From Rhina ancylostomus (lineage: Eukaryota), in assembly GCA_030265395.1 (NCBI GenBank), contig JARFYF010000084.1:104773140-104837139 (forward strand): a stretch of DNA of 64,000 nucleotides, read 5' to 3'. Below the pieces are notes generated by a model. That model did not search any database. It was not told where the DNA came from and saw only the letters and a list, made by a program, of their open reading frames with translations. This document shows positions 11,971 through 24,118 of the stretch, piece after piece (within the stretch, counting starts at the first letter, position 1; the number at the start of each line of letters is the position of its first letter). The translations under genes were made by a program, and so were the position numbers.

Positions 11971-13864
11971 GGACAAATTCAAAATGTTGGATAGCAACAT
12001 AGTGTTTTCCAGAAATCTTGGCAAATTTCAGTTTATCTGGAACATTCTGTATTTTTGGAAATCCTATCCGTTCAATTATGTGTGTTTTTTTCATGCTATT
12101 CTAATAGATTTTTAGAATGTTATTGGAAGCTGATCGCAAACACACGAAAAAGACTTTATGCAACATTAAGATTATGTTGCGCACCAACAGATCACACGGA
12201 AAATGCAGCTGGCAACTTTACACTTCAATAGACAAAGTAGCAACTAGCACTTGATCACGGAGCATATATTTGAAATGCGATTGAATAATAACATATACCA
12301 TGTCTGTCAGCATATTTTGAAATACCTTTATATCAATTCCATTACAAGTCATTTGCTGTAGTTTGGAATCTATTATACGGCTGTAAAACTTCCACGTTCC
12401 TCTGTGCAGCTTATTAAAAGGAATGGAAGCCTAGTCTTTCTAAATTAGCATTGCGCTGTGGCAAGAATGTGCAAACACACGCATACGGATACACGTTTAA
12501 ATATATGAAGATCACCAGTATCATTTTGGAAAATATATCGTGAAATGATTATCATTCATGTTATGGTATTTGCGTGGCTATTCGACAGACTTTTGAATCC
12601 ATATACTCTACTTTTCAACGTGGTGAAAGATCGCCCTTTTTTTCCAAGCGGTAAAGACAAACATATTACCAATAAAGGAGTGTGCGATTTTGACTTACAA
12701 AAAAAACTTGTGTGAATTTATTTAAATATTCCGATTCTTGTAATAAATAGACCTTCTTTGACGCCGACCACCCCTTCGTTCATTCCAAGACCAATATGGG
12801 GGAGTTTCTATAGAGACTGCCCTTTAAAAATTATATGCTGAAATGTCGCAGTTTGACCCAACGATAAAATATTATGTAGGTGACAGTATATATAAAAAAC
12901 AAACGTGTATCCTCTTAAATCAACTTTTTTGGCTACCATTGTCAAATTTAATTGAATTATTAATGATTTCAAGAGAATTCTAAAACATAGTTAATTGTAT
13001 TTACGGGGCATTTCACGACGTCCTTATATAATAATTGTCTATATTTAAGTCTTTTGTTGCACTGAAATAGCAACTTCGCTCTGTCAAGTTCTCTGAGTTT
13101 ACAAAAAATAAAATCACATTTCAAGGATCTCTCGTTTCATACAGAAAAGGGGAAGGTTATATATATGTGCATAATTGGACGAACGTAATACTGCAGCTGA
13201 CTGAATATGATATATTTTCTGGTATTAGGGTTGATTTTTTAATATATTATAACAACTTGAAGTCTAATTGCAAAATATATAGGTGAATTAATCATACAGA
13301 TTTTATTTTCCTTCAGAGTGTAACGTCTAACTGGATTCCACCTGCTTTTCTTGAAAAAAATCACCATAGACAACGTACATGCAACCATATGCATGTAACT
13401 GCATGCGTGTCTGCCTGAATACATGCATTTGTGTTATATTTGCGTGGATGAACGTACGTATTCATGCACGTAGTTTATATGCACGATTTTATGTACGGAT
13501 ATTAAAGATTCGTTTTCAAGTAACTCTTAATCGCCCTCCATTATTGCAAACAGCACAGTAGGACTGAGGTATGCAGTGGAAGATAATCAATTTAAATCGT
13601 CTTATTGTACATTAAAAATAAAACACTTAAAGTACAAATGGTTTTTGAGACCCTGTGCGAAGTGGAATTAATCTGTTCACAAATGAGTTGATGGATTCAA
13701 AATGAATATACTCCATCGACCACAGTCCGATTTTACAAGTGTCATTTGTCGTAGATGTTTTCATCCTATTTACAACCTACTGTATAAATAAATCCCAGCA
13801 TATAGTAGTTATTGCACTTTTTGGCAGCTTGGCGGCACTCTTTTTAAACTCTTTTGTGGATTAA

Positions 13865-13883
13865 TACCGCCATCTCCTGGCTG
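13865..13883 (-). promoter_or_regulatory. CTCF-like motif between HoxA7 and HoxA9
   Basis: The minus strand reads GCCAGGAGATGGCGGTA, matching CCNNNAGRKGGCR. The position corresponds to the known A7|A9 boundary. Confidence 0.6.
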
Positions 13884-15859
13884 TAGAGCGACCCTACTGC
13901 GAAGAAATTGCTGACCGTGAATGCCCAGAAAGCTTTTTCTGAACTGTGTTGAATCTAATAACTTTATTGATTTTAATCAGGTATTTTATTACATCTACCA
14001 AATTTAATATCAAGCATTTTAAACCAGGCTTAAAAATTACGAAATATCGGTTATTTTTCCACTAGACGCAATAAATTGGTAAAGAGATATGTGAGGGGCC
14101 CACGTTAGAGACGAGACTAATAAAGGTCGTTATTTCCGCAGACCCTTTTGTCTAAGCAGCCAGACAAAACAAATGGATGGCCTTCCCTGGAAAAATACTG
14201 ATTGTAGCTGGACAGTTGTAAACTCATTAAAACCTGAATTCCAGACGGCTTGCCAGACCCTTTATTTTATTGCAAGTCTCCCTGTTTAGTCTTTGAAGTT
14301 CCATATGCAACAACAGAGGGCGTCGCGACATTATAACCCTCCAGACTGAACACTTAAATATAAAATAAAGCAATTTCAATTTACCAACTGTTTTAATATC
14401 ATAATAAAAATTTATTTTAATTACTGTAAGCCCTATTCGTGTGTTTGCTCTAGACATGAAGAATACTTCGATCGTCGGTGTTGTGTTTATGTACTTCGCC
14501 CCTTAACCTCCAGCGTTTTACACCCCATAAACGCTTACAGCAGTCATTTTCTTTTATTGCGGTACACCACTCTGAATTTTACTAACGACAGCCACTGCCA
14601 AGACTNNNNNNNNNNNNNNNNNNNNNNNNNNNNNNNNNNNNNNNNNNNNNNNNNNNNNNNNNNNNNNNNNNNNNNTTCGGGGTTTTAAAAAGTTACTAGG
14701 GATCTTACAATTAGAGAGGAAGTCGCATAGATGGCCAAATCGTGTACTTTTTGTTAGTGGTGAAACGCTTAAGACTAATTTAACTTCCTTTGCTTTCAAA
14801 GGCTCCAAGGCTTTTGTGTTGATTTGTTAAGGAAATGGCGGCAAGGACGAGACCAAGCTGAAAAAAAAATATATATATATATATAGTTATTCGCTTCATT
14901 ATAATATGATTAAATCCCAACTCGGGCAACCGGATCAAGGTTATCCATTTCCACTTCGAGTAAAAGCATTGCATTTCTTGCATAAGTAACCATAAGTAAC
15001 CCACCACAAATCTTATAAATAGCCAGCCACATTGGAGCACGGCCAAGCGACAAATACAAGTTGTTGGTGCACTTTTGCAGGTTCTCGGGTTAATTGGTGA
15101 TAACTGGGCGTTAAGCGCAAATGTATTCAGACCCTGCGTTATCAAATCCGCTTTCCAAAACAAAGTTGCTACCTCACCGTTTATGATCCCTTTTTTCGGA
15201 GAAACCTCAAACTCTGGTCGAGTTTTAGGTAACAACGAAACATCCCATGTTTATTCCAGGAGACCCAGACATTGAATTACATTTTGAATGCCAGGACTTT
15301 GGAAAGAAAGCTAATAGCTTTTGTTGAAGTAATCGCTAAATTTTGCAAAACTGTGTGTTGACATTAGAGACTGTGTGTTAGTAGTAAATGGGATTAATTT
15401 CTTGAAATTGATAGATATTCTTGTTACTTCATTATCCAGCTGTTGTAAAGTTTGGGGTTTGATTCTGATACTTCAGATCTCAAAACATCCGTAAAGAGAC
15501 TGATGAATATTTTTGAAAATGCTGTAAGTACGACGAGTTTCGAAAATTCCGAAATCAGGGCGGAATTGATGAAATATAGTCGGGGCCAGAGTCCTATGCA
15601 TTTCCATACATTGGATTCCAAGAAGCGAAACCATGTTTTATGTAGTGAAACATATATTTTATTAGACAACAAATAAAATGACATTTCATTACAAACAGTA
15701 TAGTTTGGTCAATATGACACGAGGTATTCATTTCAAACGTGTACACAAGTTTAAATGTGTTAGCTCGGCAGGTCCAAAGAAAACCCCATTTAAAACACAT
15801 TAATGGTATATGTTCTTTCTATTGCACCCAGATATTTTCCTTGTATTGTACACATTACA

Positions 15860-15865
15860 TTTATT
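15860..15865 (-). terminator. Candidate distal poly(A) signal of HoxA9 (a proximal candidate is at 16031-16036)
   Basis: TTTATT on the plus strand (AATAAA on the minus strand), about 0.9 kb after the stop and just beyond the miR-196 sites. Confidence 0.5.
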
Positions 15866-15935
15866 GACAATATTGTTTCTTTCATCGCATAAATGCAACT
15901 AGACAGTTTTAAGAGTGACATTTACACACAAAACA

Positions 15936-16544
15936 TAGGTAGTTACTAGTTATACATATAGGTAGTTTTAAACCAAATCTTATACTTTTCTTTGCACCAC
16001 AACACCGATAAATAGAAAGTGTTTGAGAACTTTATTCGTGCTTTCATCACAATAGACAATAGTATCGTGTAGCAGTATGTTCAGCGCTGCCCTTTTAAAT
16101 AAAACTTATATTAGCATTCTATGCAATTCAGTTTCATATATTTGCTGAAGAACAACACAATCGTCATGCACCCAGCAAGGCCGTTAGTCTCACAAAGACA
16201 GCATAAAGCCCGGCGTTTTTACAAGTTAATTCACAGTGAAAATAATACAATATATGTCCCAAGTTCACCACGAAAATAACATTTCATATCCAACACACAG
16301 CCTGTTAGTTTTATATTAAACATCCTGAGTTGAATTGAGATTTTTCTTTTGTTTGTTTACACGATCTTTACTCAGACACCGCCCAAGCACAGAGGCCCAG
16401 TCACAGAGATAATCACAACAGACACAAGGATTCAAGTATATAGGCAGCCTCGTTTGCTGCATGTAAAACAAGTAAATATTAAACTACTACAGTATTACTG
16501 AATTACTGTCCGCGTAGAATAGCGGTGAATTAAAAGAAGGTAGT
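15936..16544 (-). promoter_or_regulatory. miR-196 seed sites in the HoxA9 3' UTR
   Basis: The plus strand has TAGGTAGT at 15936-15943 and 15959-15966 (8mers) and AGGTAGT at 16538-16544 (7mer). Confidence 0.75.
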
Positions 16545-16780
16545 TTTCATGTAAAGGTAGATTCCGTAGCCACAGACTTAACCTTGCCGTAGATGTCTCC
16601 CTCTTTGGTTCCCGTCTAACAAGTGTATTAGTCTTTCCCAACAAGTATAGTCCAGAACTGGCAAAGGAATAATTTGTGCTAATGGCATGATAGAATGTTC
16701 ATAATGTCTTTCTAAGCAGGGTCTGTTCCGATTGCAATTGTGAATTAGTCCTTATCTCTCCCAAAATAATTTAATCCGTG

Positions 16781-17022
16781 TCACCGATCATCTTTAGGTC
16801 GTTCCTTATTAATTTTCTTCATCTTCATTCTTCTATTCTGAAACCAGATTTTAACTTGCCGTTCGGTGAGATTGAGAACCCTGGCCACTTCGTATCTGCG
16901 GTCTCTTGTGAGGTACATATTAAACAAGAATTCTTTTTCCAGTTCCAGCGTCTGATGTTTGGTGTAAGGGCAGCGTTTTTTTCTGGTGGACCTTGCATGC
17001 AGCCAGTTGGCGGAAGGGTTAT
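16781..17022 (-). CDS. HoxA9: HoxA9 exon 2 (homeodomain)
   Basis: The acceptor is actttcag|AT. Translates to [79 protein letters not shown] with TGA at 16783-16781. This frame is not in the ORF track. Total protein is 260 aa. Confidence 0.95.
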
Positions 17023-17520
17023 CTGAAAGTGTAAAGGAAACACATTTACTATATTTCCCTTCCCATGTTGGTCAAATATTGTAATATTCTCAGAATCAAA
17101 ACACCTTTACAGATAAAAAAAAAGGTGGGGAACTCTGGATTCATGAAGCTGTTTACTGCAAATTCATATGTTTACACAGATTATTAAACTCTGACACGCA
17201 TGGTCCTGTTCAATGAATAGAGTCTATGAATAGAATTTTTTTTAAAAGCGAGATAAAATAGTATTGAAAGACTTTGTTAAGAAAAGTAAAATGTTGCTTG
17301 TTTGCATTGTGTATTGCGTGCATTTTATCTTTCCAGTGAACTTATCTCCATCACATTTACTTGCACCAGATGCACTTGAATTACAGAGTCTGTAATTAAT
17401 ATCTTCCCCTTCCTCTATTATAACGAATGGATATTAGTTCAGTGCATACACGGTTTCTGGCCATGGCAATGCCTAAAATGTACAATATAAACCGTCATCA
17501 AACGCCTTTAATACACATAT

Positions 17521-17521
<1 letters not shown>

Positions 17522-17573
<52 letters not shown>
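17522..17573. repeat. (CA)n microsatellite in the HoxA9 intron
   Basis: About 26 uninterrupted CA units. Confidence 0.97.
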
Positions 17574-17574
<1 letters not shown>

Positions 17575-17711
17575 CGGATAATGGGAAGCAAATAGGTGGA
17601 TTTTTTTAATTTCTCTACGCAATGAAAAAGTCAGATATATAAAATGGTTCTAATTTATAATCCTCAGATAGAAAAGTAAAATAAAAAAAGATGTGAGATT
17701 TCCATACTTAC

Positions 17712-18252
17712 TTGGATCCATGTGGAGCTTATCTGCGTTTGACTCAACTTCTCCACTATTGTCAGAAAAAGAAATCTCGGCCAGCCGTTTATCACCAGGA
17801 GATGCTCCACAAGAATATTCTGAGAGGGCTAACGTGTGTGTTTCAAACGTAGTGCAGTCATTCCTGCGGGCAGCTGCAGGCTCAGGTTTGATGCCGTAGT
17901 GTCTACTGGAAGGTAACCCGGGAAAAGACAAGGTCCCCGGCATGGGATCTAGCCAGGAGCGCATGTACCTACCATCAGGCGTGGCGGCAATAGGTGCCTG
18001 GTGCATGTATGGGTGATAAACAGCGGGCATGTTGGCAGAACTCTGAGCATGGACCGGGTTCCAGGACGTGCCGAACACGGTCGCTTTAGACTGGAAATTA
18101 CATGGGGAAAAATCGGGGTGCTCAGCAAGGGCTGCCTGCCTGGAAGACTGAGCCAGAGGACCCGACGCATATCTGGACGACAGCAGATCCTCGTTCTCAT
18201 GCATTATAAGAGAGTCGACATAATAATTGCTGATAGTCCCCGATGTCGACAT
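17712..18252 (-). CDS. HoxA9: HoxA9 exon 1
   Basis: ATG at 18252 gives MSTSGTISNYYVDSLI. Contains the group 9 motifs PDGRYMRSWL and RHYGIKPEP. The donor is CCA A|GTAAGT at 17712/17711. Length is 541 nt (phase 1). Confidence 0.95.
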
Positions 18253-18368
18253 TCTCGGCAATGACACGGCAAGCGCCTCTGAAAATATGAAAGAGCAGAT
18301 TTCAATATAACAACTTACCGCCGGGACAAGTACAGTCCGCTAATATGGTGCAAGCGCACTTCCACGCC

Positions 18369-18389
18369 ATTGGATAGATCGCCCACGTG
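18369..18389 (-). promoter_or_regulatory. HoxA9 proximal promoter (E-box plus CCAAT)
   Basis: CACGTG at 18384-18389 and ATTGG at 18369-18373, with a 10-nt spacer. TTTAT-rich Hox/Cdx-type sites flank it at 18400-18500. Confidence 0.65.
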
Positions 18390-19439
18390 ATTCAAAAAAC
18401 AACAATAAAATATAAATCAATCCGCAGCTTGTAGCGGGGTCAATCTTTTATAGTCATAATTTTATATAGCAACTCCATATGTTTTTTTATGCAACGGGAT
18501 ATAATCACTTCTATATAAGGACGCCAATTTCTTTCTGCCAACTGAAATGCAAAAATATATTCGGTTGAATTTCTTTTCTTAGGGGACTACTTTATATCAT
18601 AATCAATCTTCCCATCAGATGCTCGTTTTTTTTAACGAACACCTTATAATCGTTAACCTTCTCATAAAACATTATGGAAAGAGTGAAACTATAAACTGCA
18701 AAAAAACAACCAAGAATGAGATCGGCAAGGTATTTATTATTCTGGCTTTGTGGGGGGAAAAAACTAAAATTCAAATACATTTTTATCCAAATAAAAATCA
18801 TTAACGAAGTTTTAAAGGCTACCTCTGAGAAGTGCGAGTGTACCTGCAGCTGCTAGGCATCTTTCATTTTAAAAACGAGACGCACATTAAACCCACTGTG
18901 TCAATCTCCGTTTTATAACAGTTTGAGCAATAAAACTACATGTTAGCAAACTACAGCCATTGCAAAACGACTCTTTACCTACAATAAACCATAATTAATT
19001 ACAACTTCCGCATTCAACGTGCTATTTCGGTTGACAGATGCAGATGTACGGATGATATTAATTTGTTCGGAAATCCAGTTGTTCCCGCATCTTGCTCTTC
19101 GTATTGGTGGACATTCCCTTCCATTCATTCACTGGCGGATTATGTGGGCGTAAATTGCAAAGCTTTCCTTCACTGACGGTATCTGGAAATCTCATCTCTT
19201 AAATGGTTAAGATAGATTCCTTTCAATAGCAAATAAAAGCAAACCGTTAGAAATATAATAAATAGAAAACGTAAGAGGCCTATTTCCGTGGATTTCGCCA
19301 GCATCCGTAATGATAGTTTCATTTACTACCTTTCCTATTTTCTCGGCATATTAAATATTACAACGAGGTACTGTGCTTTGAAACCTNNNNNNNNNNNNNN
19401 NNNNNNNNTAACCTTATTCCCCCTCTCCCACCCCCCCCC

Positions 19440-19458
19440 CTCTCTCTCTCTCTCTCTC
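19440..19458. repeat. Short (CT)n tract after a poly-C run, near an assembly gap
   Basis: cccccccccc tctctctctctctctctc. Confidence 0.8.
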
Positions 19459-22400
19459 ACGCACACATGTTCTATCGATATGTATTATATATGTGAATAT
19501 GTACGTCTAAAGCGATGGATGATATTATTAACAAGATTAAAATTAACATAAGGAATATTTCAGAAGTCCGGTATCATGGCCTGGTCTAGTTTTTAAGTAA
19601 ATAAACGTGTAATGTATTTAATATAAAATCGATGAAACAACTTCAGAAATATTTCGTAATCAGTGGTCGTTGGTGCTATAATCATTTTCGCGTAGAATAA
19701 CTTATCATTGCTATTCGAATGTGAGATATTTTATTTTGTGTATAATGATCGGATGCCAATGCGTTTGTTTATTTGGTTTCCCTGCACTGGAATCGCAGGG
19801 TAAAATGGTAATGTTTTACTGCATCTCAATGGGACACCTTTTAAAATATATTTCTCTGTAAGCAGCATCTCAAAATCTGTGAAAGAATTAATAACAGCTA
19901 TTCTAAATGACTGGCACTGAGCCCAGTTTTGTTTCATTTAAAAAATACCCTTGGACCTTTCAGGCCAAATAATTAGATTTGGCCGCTGGATCTGTCGGTT
20001 CGCAACTGAGCCTTATTGTTTCAGTTCTAATTTTATCCTCATTTGCGGCTATTTGACCAACTATATGTGAAAAAAAAATCTGCTGCATAAAATGAAGTTG
20101 AAAAAAAATCTCTTGGTGTACCTCGACAGTAGCAACAACGTAAAAATTCAACCTCTTTCTCCGCAATTAATGTGAAGTACTTGAACTGTTGCGTTCCATC
20201 TGATAACACAGAAATAGTGATGAAACAAAGGCAATTATCAGATGCCACTTTAAGCCAACGTGCTGTCGCCGTTGTGGTGAATAGCTTGCTCCCACATACA
20301 CCCTCCTTAACGCTGCTGCTCTCAACCCCACAACCATCCGCTGATTGTACAAACCTTCGGTTGCAAATAACTGAAATGCAACGTCCTTTTCTCGGTGTTT
20401 ATTTCCCAAAAAAATCAGATTAATTACATTTTTCTCCACACTCCTTTGACTTTTCACCATTTGGGAGAGTGGGTTGGGAAGGAGGGTTCTTGTGGGTGGT
20501 AATGGTGGGTGGTGCGGGGGGGGGAGACTAAAGTGTGAGTTGTTGTGGCTGTTGGCGGGGGGTGTTGGAGCGCTTCAGCCGTCGCTTGCGTGCGGACATG
20601 AGTATCAGGTCAGCGGAACGTTACAGTGAAAACTGGTGGAGTGATGAGGTCTAGAGCGGAATCAAGAACCATTCAAGTCCAGTGTTGAGCCTCAGGCANN
20701 NNNNNNNNNNNNNNNNNNNNNNNNNNNNNNNNNNNNNNNNNNNNNNGGGATTCAAATGTTGAATTTTTTATATATAAAGTGAAGCCACGGGGCCCTGAAT
20801 CCGCACCTCGCTAAAAAGAGCCGTTCATCTCATTAAAATTAAGGTTTTTTTTCAAGGAGATTTATAAAAACGACTAACCATTAAAGCAAAAGTTGGAATG
20901 TGCCGCGTCTAGCTGTGATCCTAAAGATTTATAGTTTGTATGAAATACTTGATTTTAAACGATATAGTTGAATTCGTTACAAGTAGTGTAATGATAACTC
21001 AATTCCCCCCAATACCTAATCCATTCCCCCACCCCCACGAAGAAAGATAGTTAAGAATTTTGATGGTTCGTCCGGTTTAGAATTTCAGTTTCGAGTTTTG
21101 TTCAGGCGTTCAATACGGGAAGCTCATATGTTATTTGCAAGATACAGCTCGCAAGCAAGGATATTTAAAAAAAGAACAGCAGAAAAAGAGAGAAAATACC
21201 TTACCGTTCTTGGATGCAATTCGCTAAAGTTCTCCAATAAATTGTTATAATGCAGCATAGATGCAGAGTATTCAACAACATAGAGGGACGCAGCAATGCA
21301 TCTACTTCACGTTTAATATTTATTTGATGGAGGGATCTATCATATCTCATTGTACAACAAGGCGAGTAGATCAAGGATAAAGCATAATTGCCCTTTTCGT
21401 GCAGTGTCGAGTTGATCTGATATGTTTTCCCCCTTTGGAATTACATTTGTTGCAAATAAGTAGCACATCTTTATTAAATCGTGCAAACATTATAGAAATG
21501 AAAGTTCTGTCAAAAGTATTAACCGATGCTTTCTCAAAAATCATTTCAATACTTTATGGAATTACCCGGACAAATGGGACATTCATTGAATACATCTTGT
21601 AGCCAGAAGTATTTGGTAAAACTGGGATAAAGCTGGCAGATAAAATTTTAAGGATGACACAGCCTAGAAATGTGGATTTTTTTTTTGGCTTTTCGGTCCT
21701 ATCTTTTAAAATAACGCTGACGCCTTTATTTCCGTTCAGATAACATCTGTGTGAAAATGCAGAGCCCAATTTGTAGAGACACAGTGCGTGAGGACGACAA
21801 AGATCTTTCATCGTTTCGTGTCTGATTAGCTGTAAGCAAAATAATTCGACAAAGATTCAAACCATATATAAAATATATGATTTGAATCCTGGAGATGCTT
21901 GCATACGAGAGGAATCAAAATCAGTCTAATCGCTTTACAACCAACCACTCGTGTTTAGCTGCAAACAAGTCATGTCTGATTTTAGTCTGCGAAACCAAAC
22001 ATTATATTGGGGCGTTGCATGTTTACGAATAATTGAATCACATTTTAGTTCATTCGCAGCAACCCGTAATTAAATCCTCGGTTTAAAACGGTAAAGATGG
22101 ACTGCATGCACTGATCTTTCCTTGACAGGAAAGCGAACTTTTAATTTAACATTAATGAAGGGAACGACAAAACTGTCGCGGTTTCCCTTTTTATAAGATT
22201 ATAAATCATATCAACCTCGGAGATAATTGCGAACAACGCACAGATATTACAATTGAGGGTGTAACCAGAATGATTCTCAAACATAAAATAATTTGTACGA
22301 TTAGATTTGTCAGATAAGTCATATATGAAGAACATTACATTAGTAAAAAGTATTAATAATATTGCTGATATAAAACACTATTCGATATTTATTCGGATAC

Positions 22401-24034
22401 ATAATAATTAAAGAAACATCTCCAACTTCTTGGCAAAGTATTTAGACTATTGAATCGAGAGAAATGAAAGGGAATATGTTCAGTCAAAGGGCCGAGTTTT
22501 ACAGCGTTTTAAACAGGGCCCGGCAGTAACCAGAAAGGATGTTTTGATCAGTACAAACTTGACTTCCTTCGTGGGTCAATAAACCATGCCGACGATAGTT
22601 TAAGGTGGCACAGCGGCATCGGGAGAATATGAACCTGATGTGGAATAACAAAGTACTTTTTTTCGGAAGAGCTTTTATATTTAACTGAGAAAATAATCAA
22701 GTTAAGTATTTCTGCTATACGTAACTTGGGCTTCTCCAACATGCTGGATGATACAATTTAATACAGCAGACGAGTCTTCGGACATATTTGAATCAAGTAT
22801 CAGTAGGTTACTTGCAAAGCTAATTTCAAATCGTTTACACAAACATATGGAAAATTGAATGTCAATACATTTCCTTTGTACAATATGCAAGTTCCACTTT
22901 TTCTCAATTAATTTATTCTGCTCATTTTACCACGGAACAATAACCAAATATGCGTGTTATATACAATGAATTTAATTCTACATTCATAAAATAGGACAAG
23001 AAGCTACCTAGTTATGATCCTTATTTTGCATAATGACATTGAAACATCTATTCTAAATAGTTTAATTCTAATGGATGTTCAATTAACTAGGCCAACAAAA
23101 TAAAGTACCATTGTGCTTGTTTACTTGCTTAGCTTAGATTAAAGCTTCTGTTTGTCTCGTCTAAACAGCCCAATATAATGGGACAAGTCTGCTTTCTGTG
23201 TTTAGTCTAGTTTCTGCAGAGCATGAGCCACCGACGGAGCAGCGCTTCCACTACACTCCGCCGAGGTCGCTGTTTCCAAGAACAAAACAAAATTACGCGC
23301 CTAGGCGCCATGTAATGATCATAACCGAGGCCTTGTGCCTTTCAAGTAATTTCTTTGTCTTGCACATGGTAGAATACATATGCCTAAAACGCGTATCCTA
23401 AATCATTTATTTCAGACTTTCACCGCGAATTACAAAGTGAGCCATGTACAGAATGTACCAAACAAATATGTGAATTTTTGGCAATGCTAATATAATTGCG
23501 GAATATTTATCACTAACAAAATCGAAATCTGCAATGCATCGATTACGCCGCCGTACGTATGTAACTGCAGCAATCTGCAGTGGAATACAGCGGACCAACA
23601 CCGGTACTTCCAAATAATGGTTCGGCAGCGCACACATACTGAAGGAAATCGAAATGGATCATATTTAATTTAAACATGAACTTGATCCTTCTTAGGAAGA
23701 ATAAACAAATCTCGTAAAATATTATATTTAGGAAATCCCAGTTCACCACATTGTTCGGAAAGCACAATCCAGCGTTAGTTTGCGAAATAAAGAATATTCT
23801 TTTGTGCTCTTTTTAAAAAAATACACCATTGCATTAATTTCGGGGGGGGGTGNNNNNNNNNNNNNNNNNNNNAACTATCTACCATGTCCTTTGATTACAC
23901 GTTTTTATTCCTATTACAGAACGTGCCACGTTACGGTTGGCCGTATGAAGCCAAAATCTTTTACTTTTTCGTGGTTATCTGAGTATCTGCGGTTTCTGTC
24001 CAAACCAGCACAAGAACTCACTGGCGATGACGAT

Positions 24035-24118
24035 AACTGCAGTAATTCAGGCAGTTTCGTGTTGTAGAGTTAGACTTTAGCCCCAACAACATGAAACTAC
24101 CTAAATCACAGGTCAGTT
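24035..24118 (-). ncRNA. mir-196: miR-196 precursor (HoxA-cluster copy, positional ortholog of mammalian mir-196b); mature 5p at 24103-24082
   Basis: The minus strand reads AACTGACCTGTGATT-TAGGTAGTTTCATGTTGTTGGG-loop-CTACAACACGAAACTGCCTGAATTACTGCAGTT. This is an exact miR-196 mature sequence with a complementary 3p arm, in the canonical position between Hox10 and Hox9. Confidence 0.97.

Noticed and set aside
14780-15235. 151-aa ORF, plus other intergenic ORFs of 60-156 aa (e.g. 58183-58560, 58601-59071)
   Set aside because: They have no recognisable domain and AT-rich random composition. Many start at non-ATG codons, span simple repeats or run through N gaps.
9400-15800. Search for a HoxA8 remnant between HoxA7 and HoxA9
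   Set aside because: No homeobox-like or hexapeptide-like sequence was seen, although gaps hide part of the interval.
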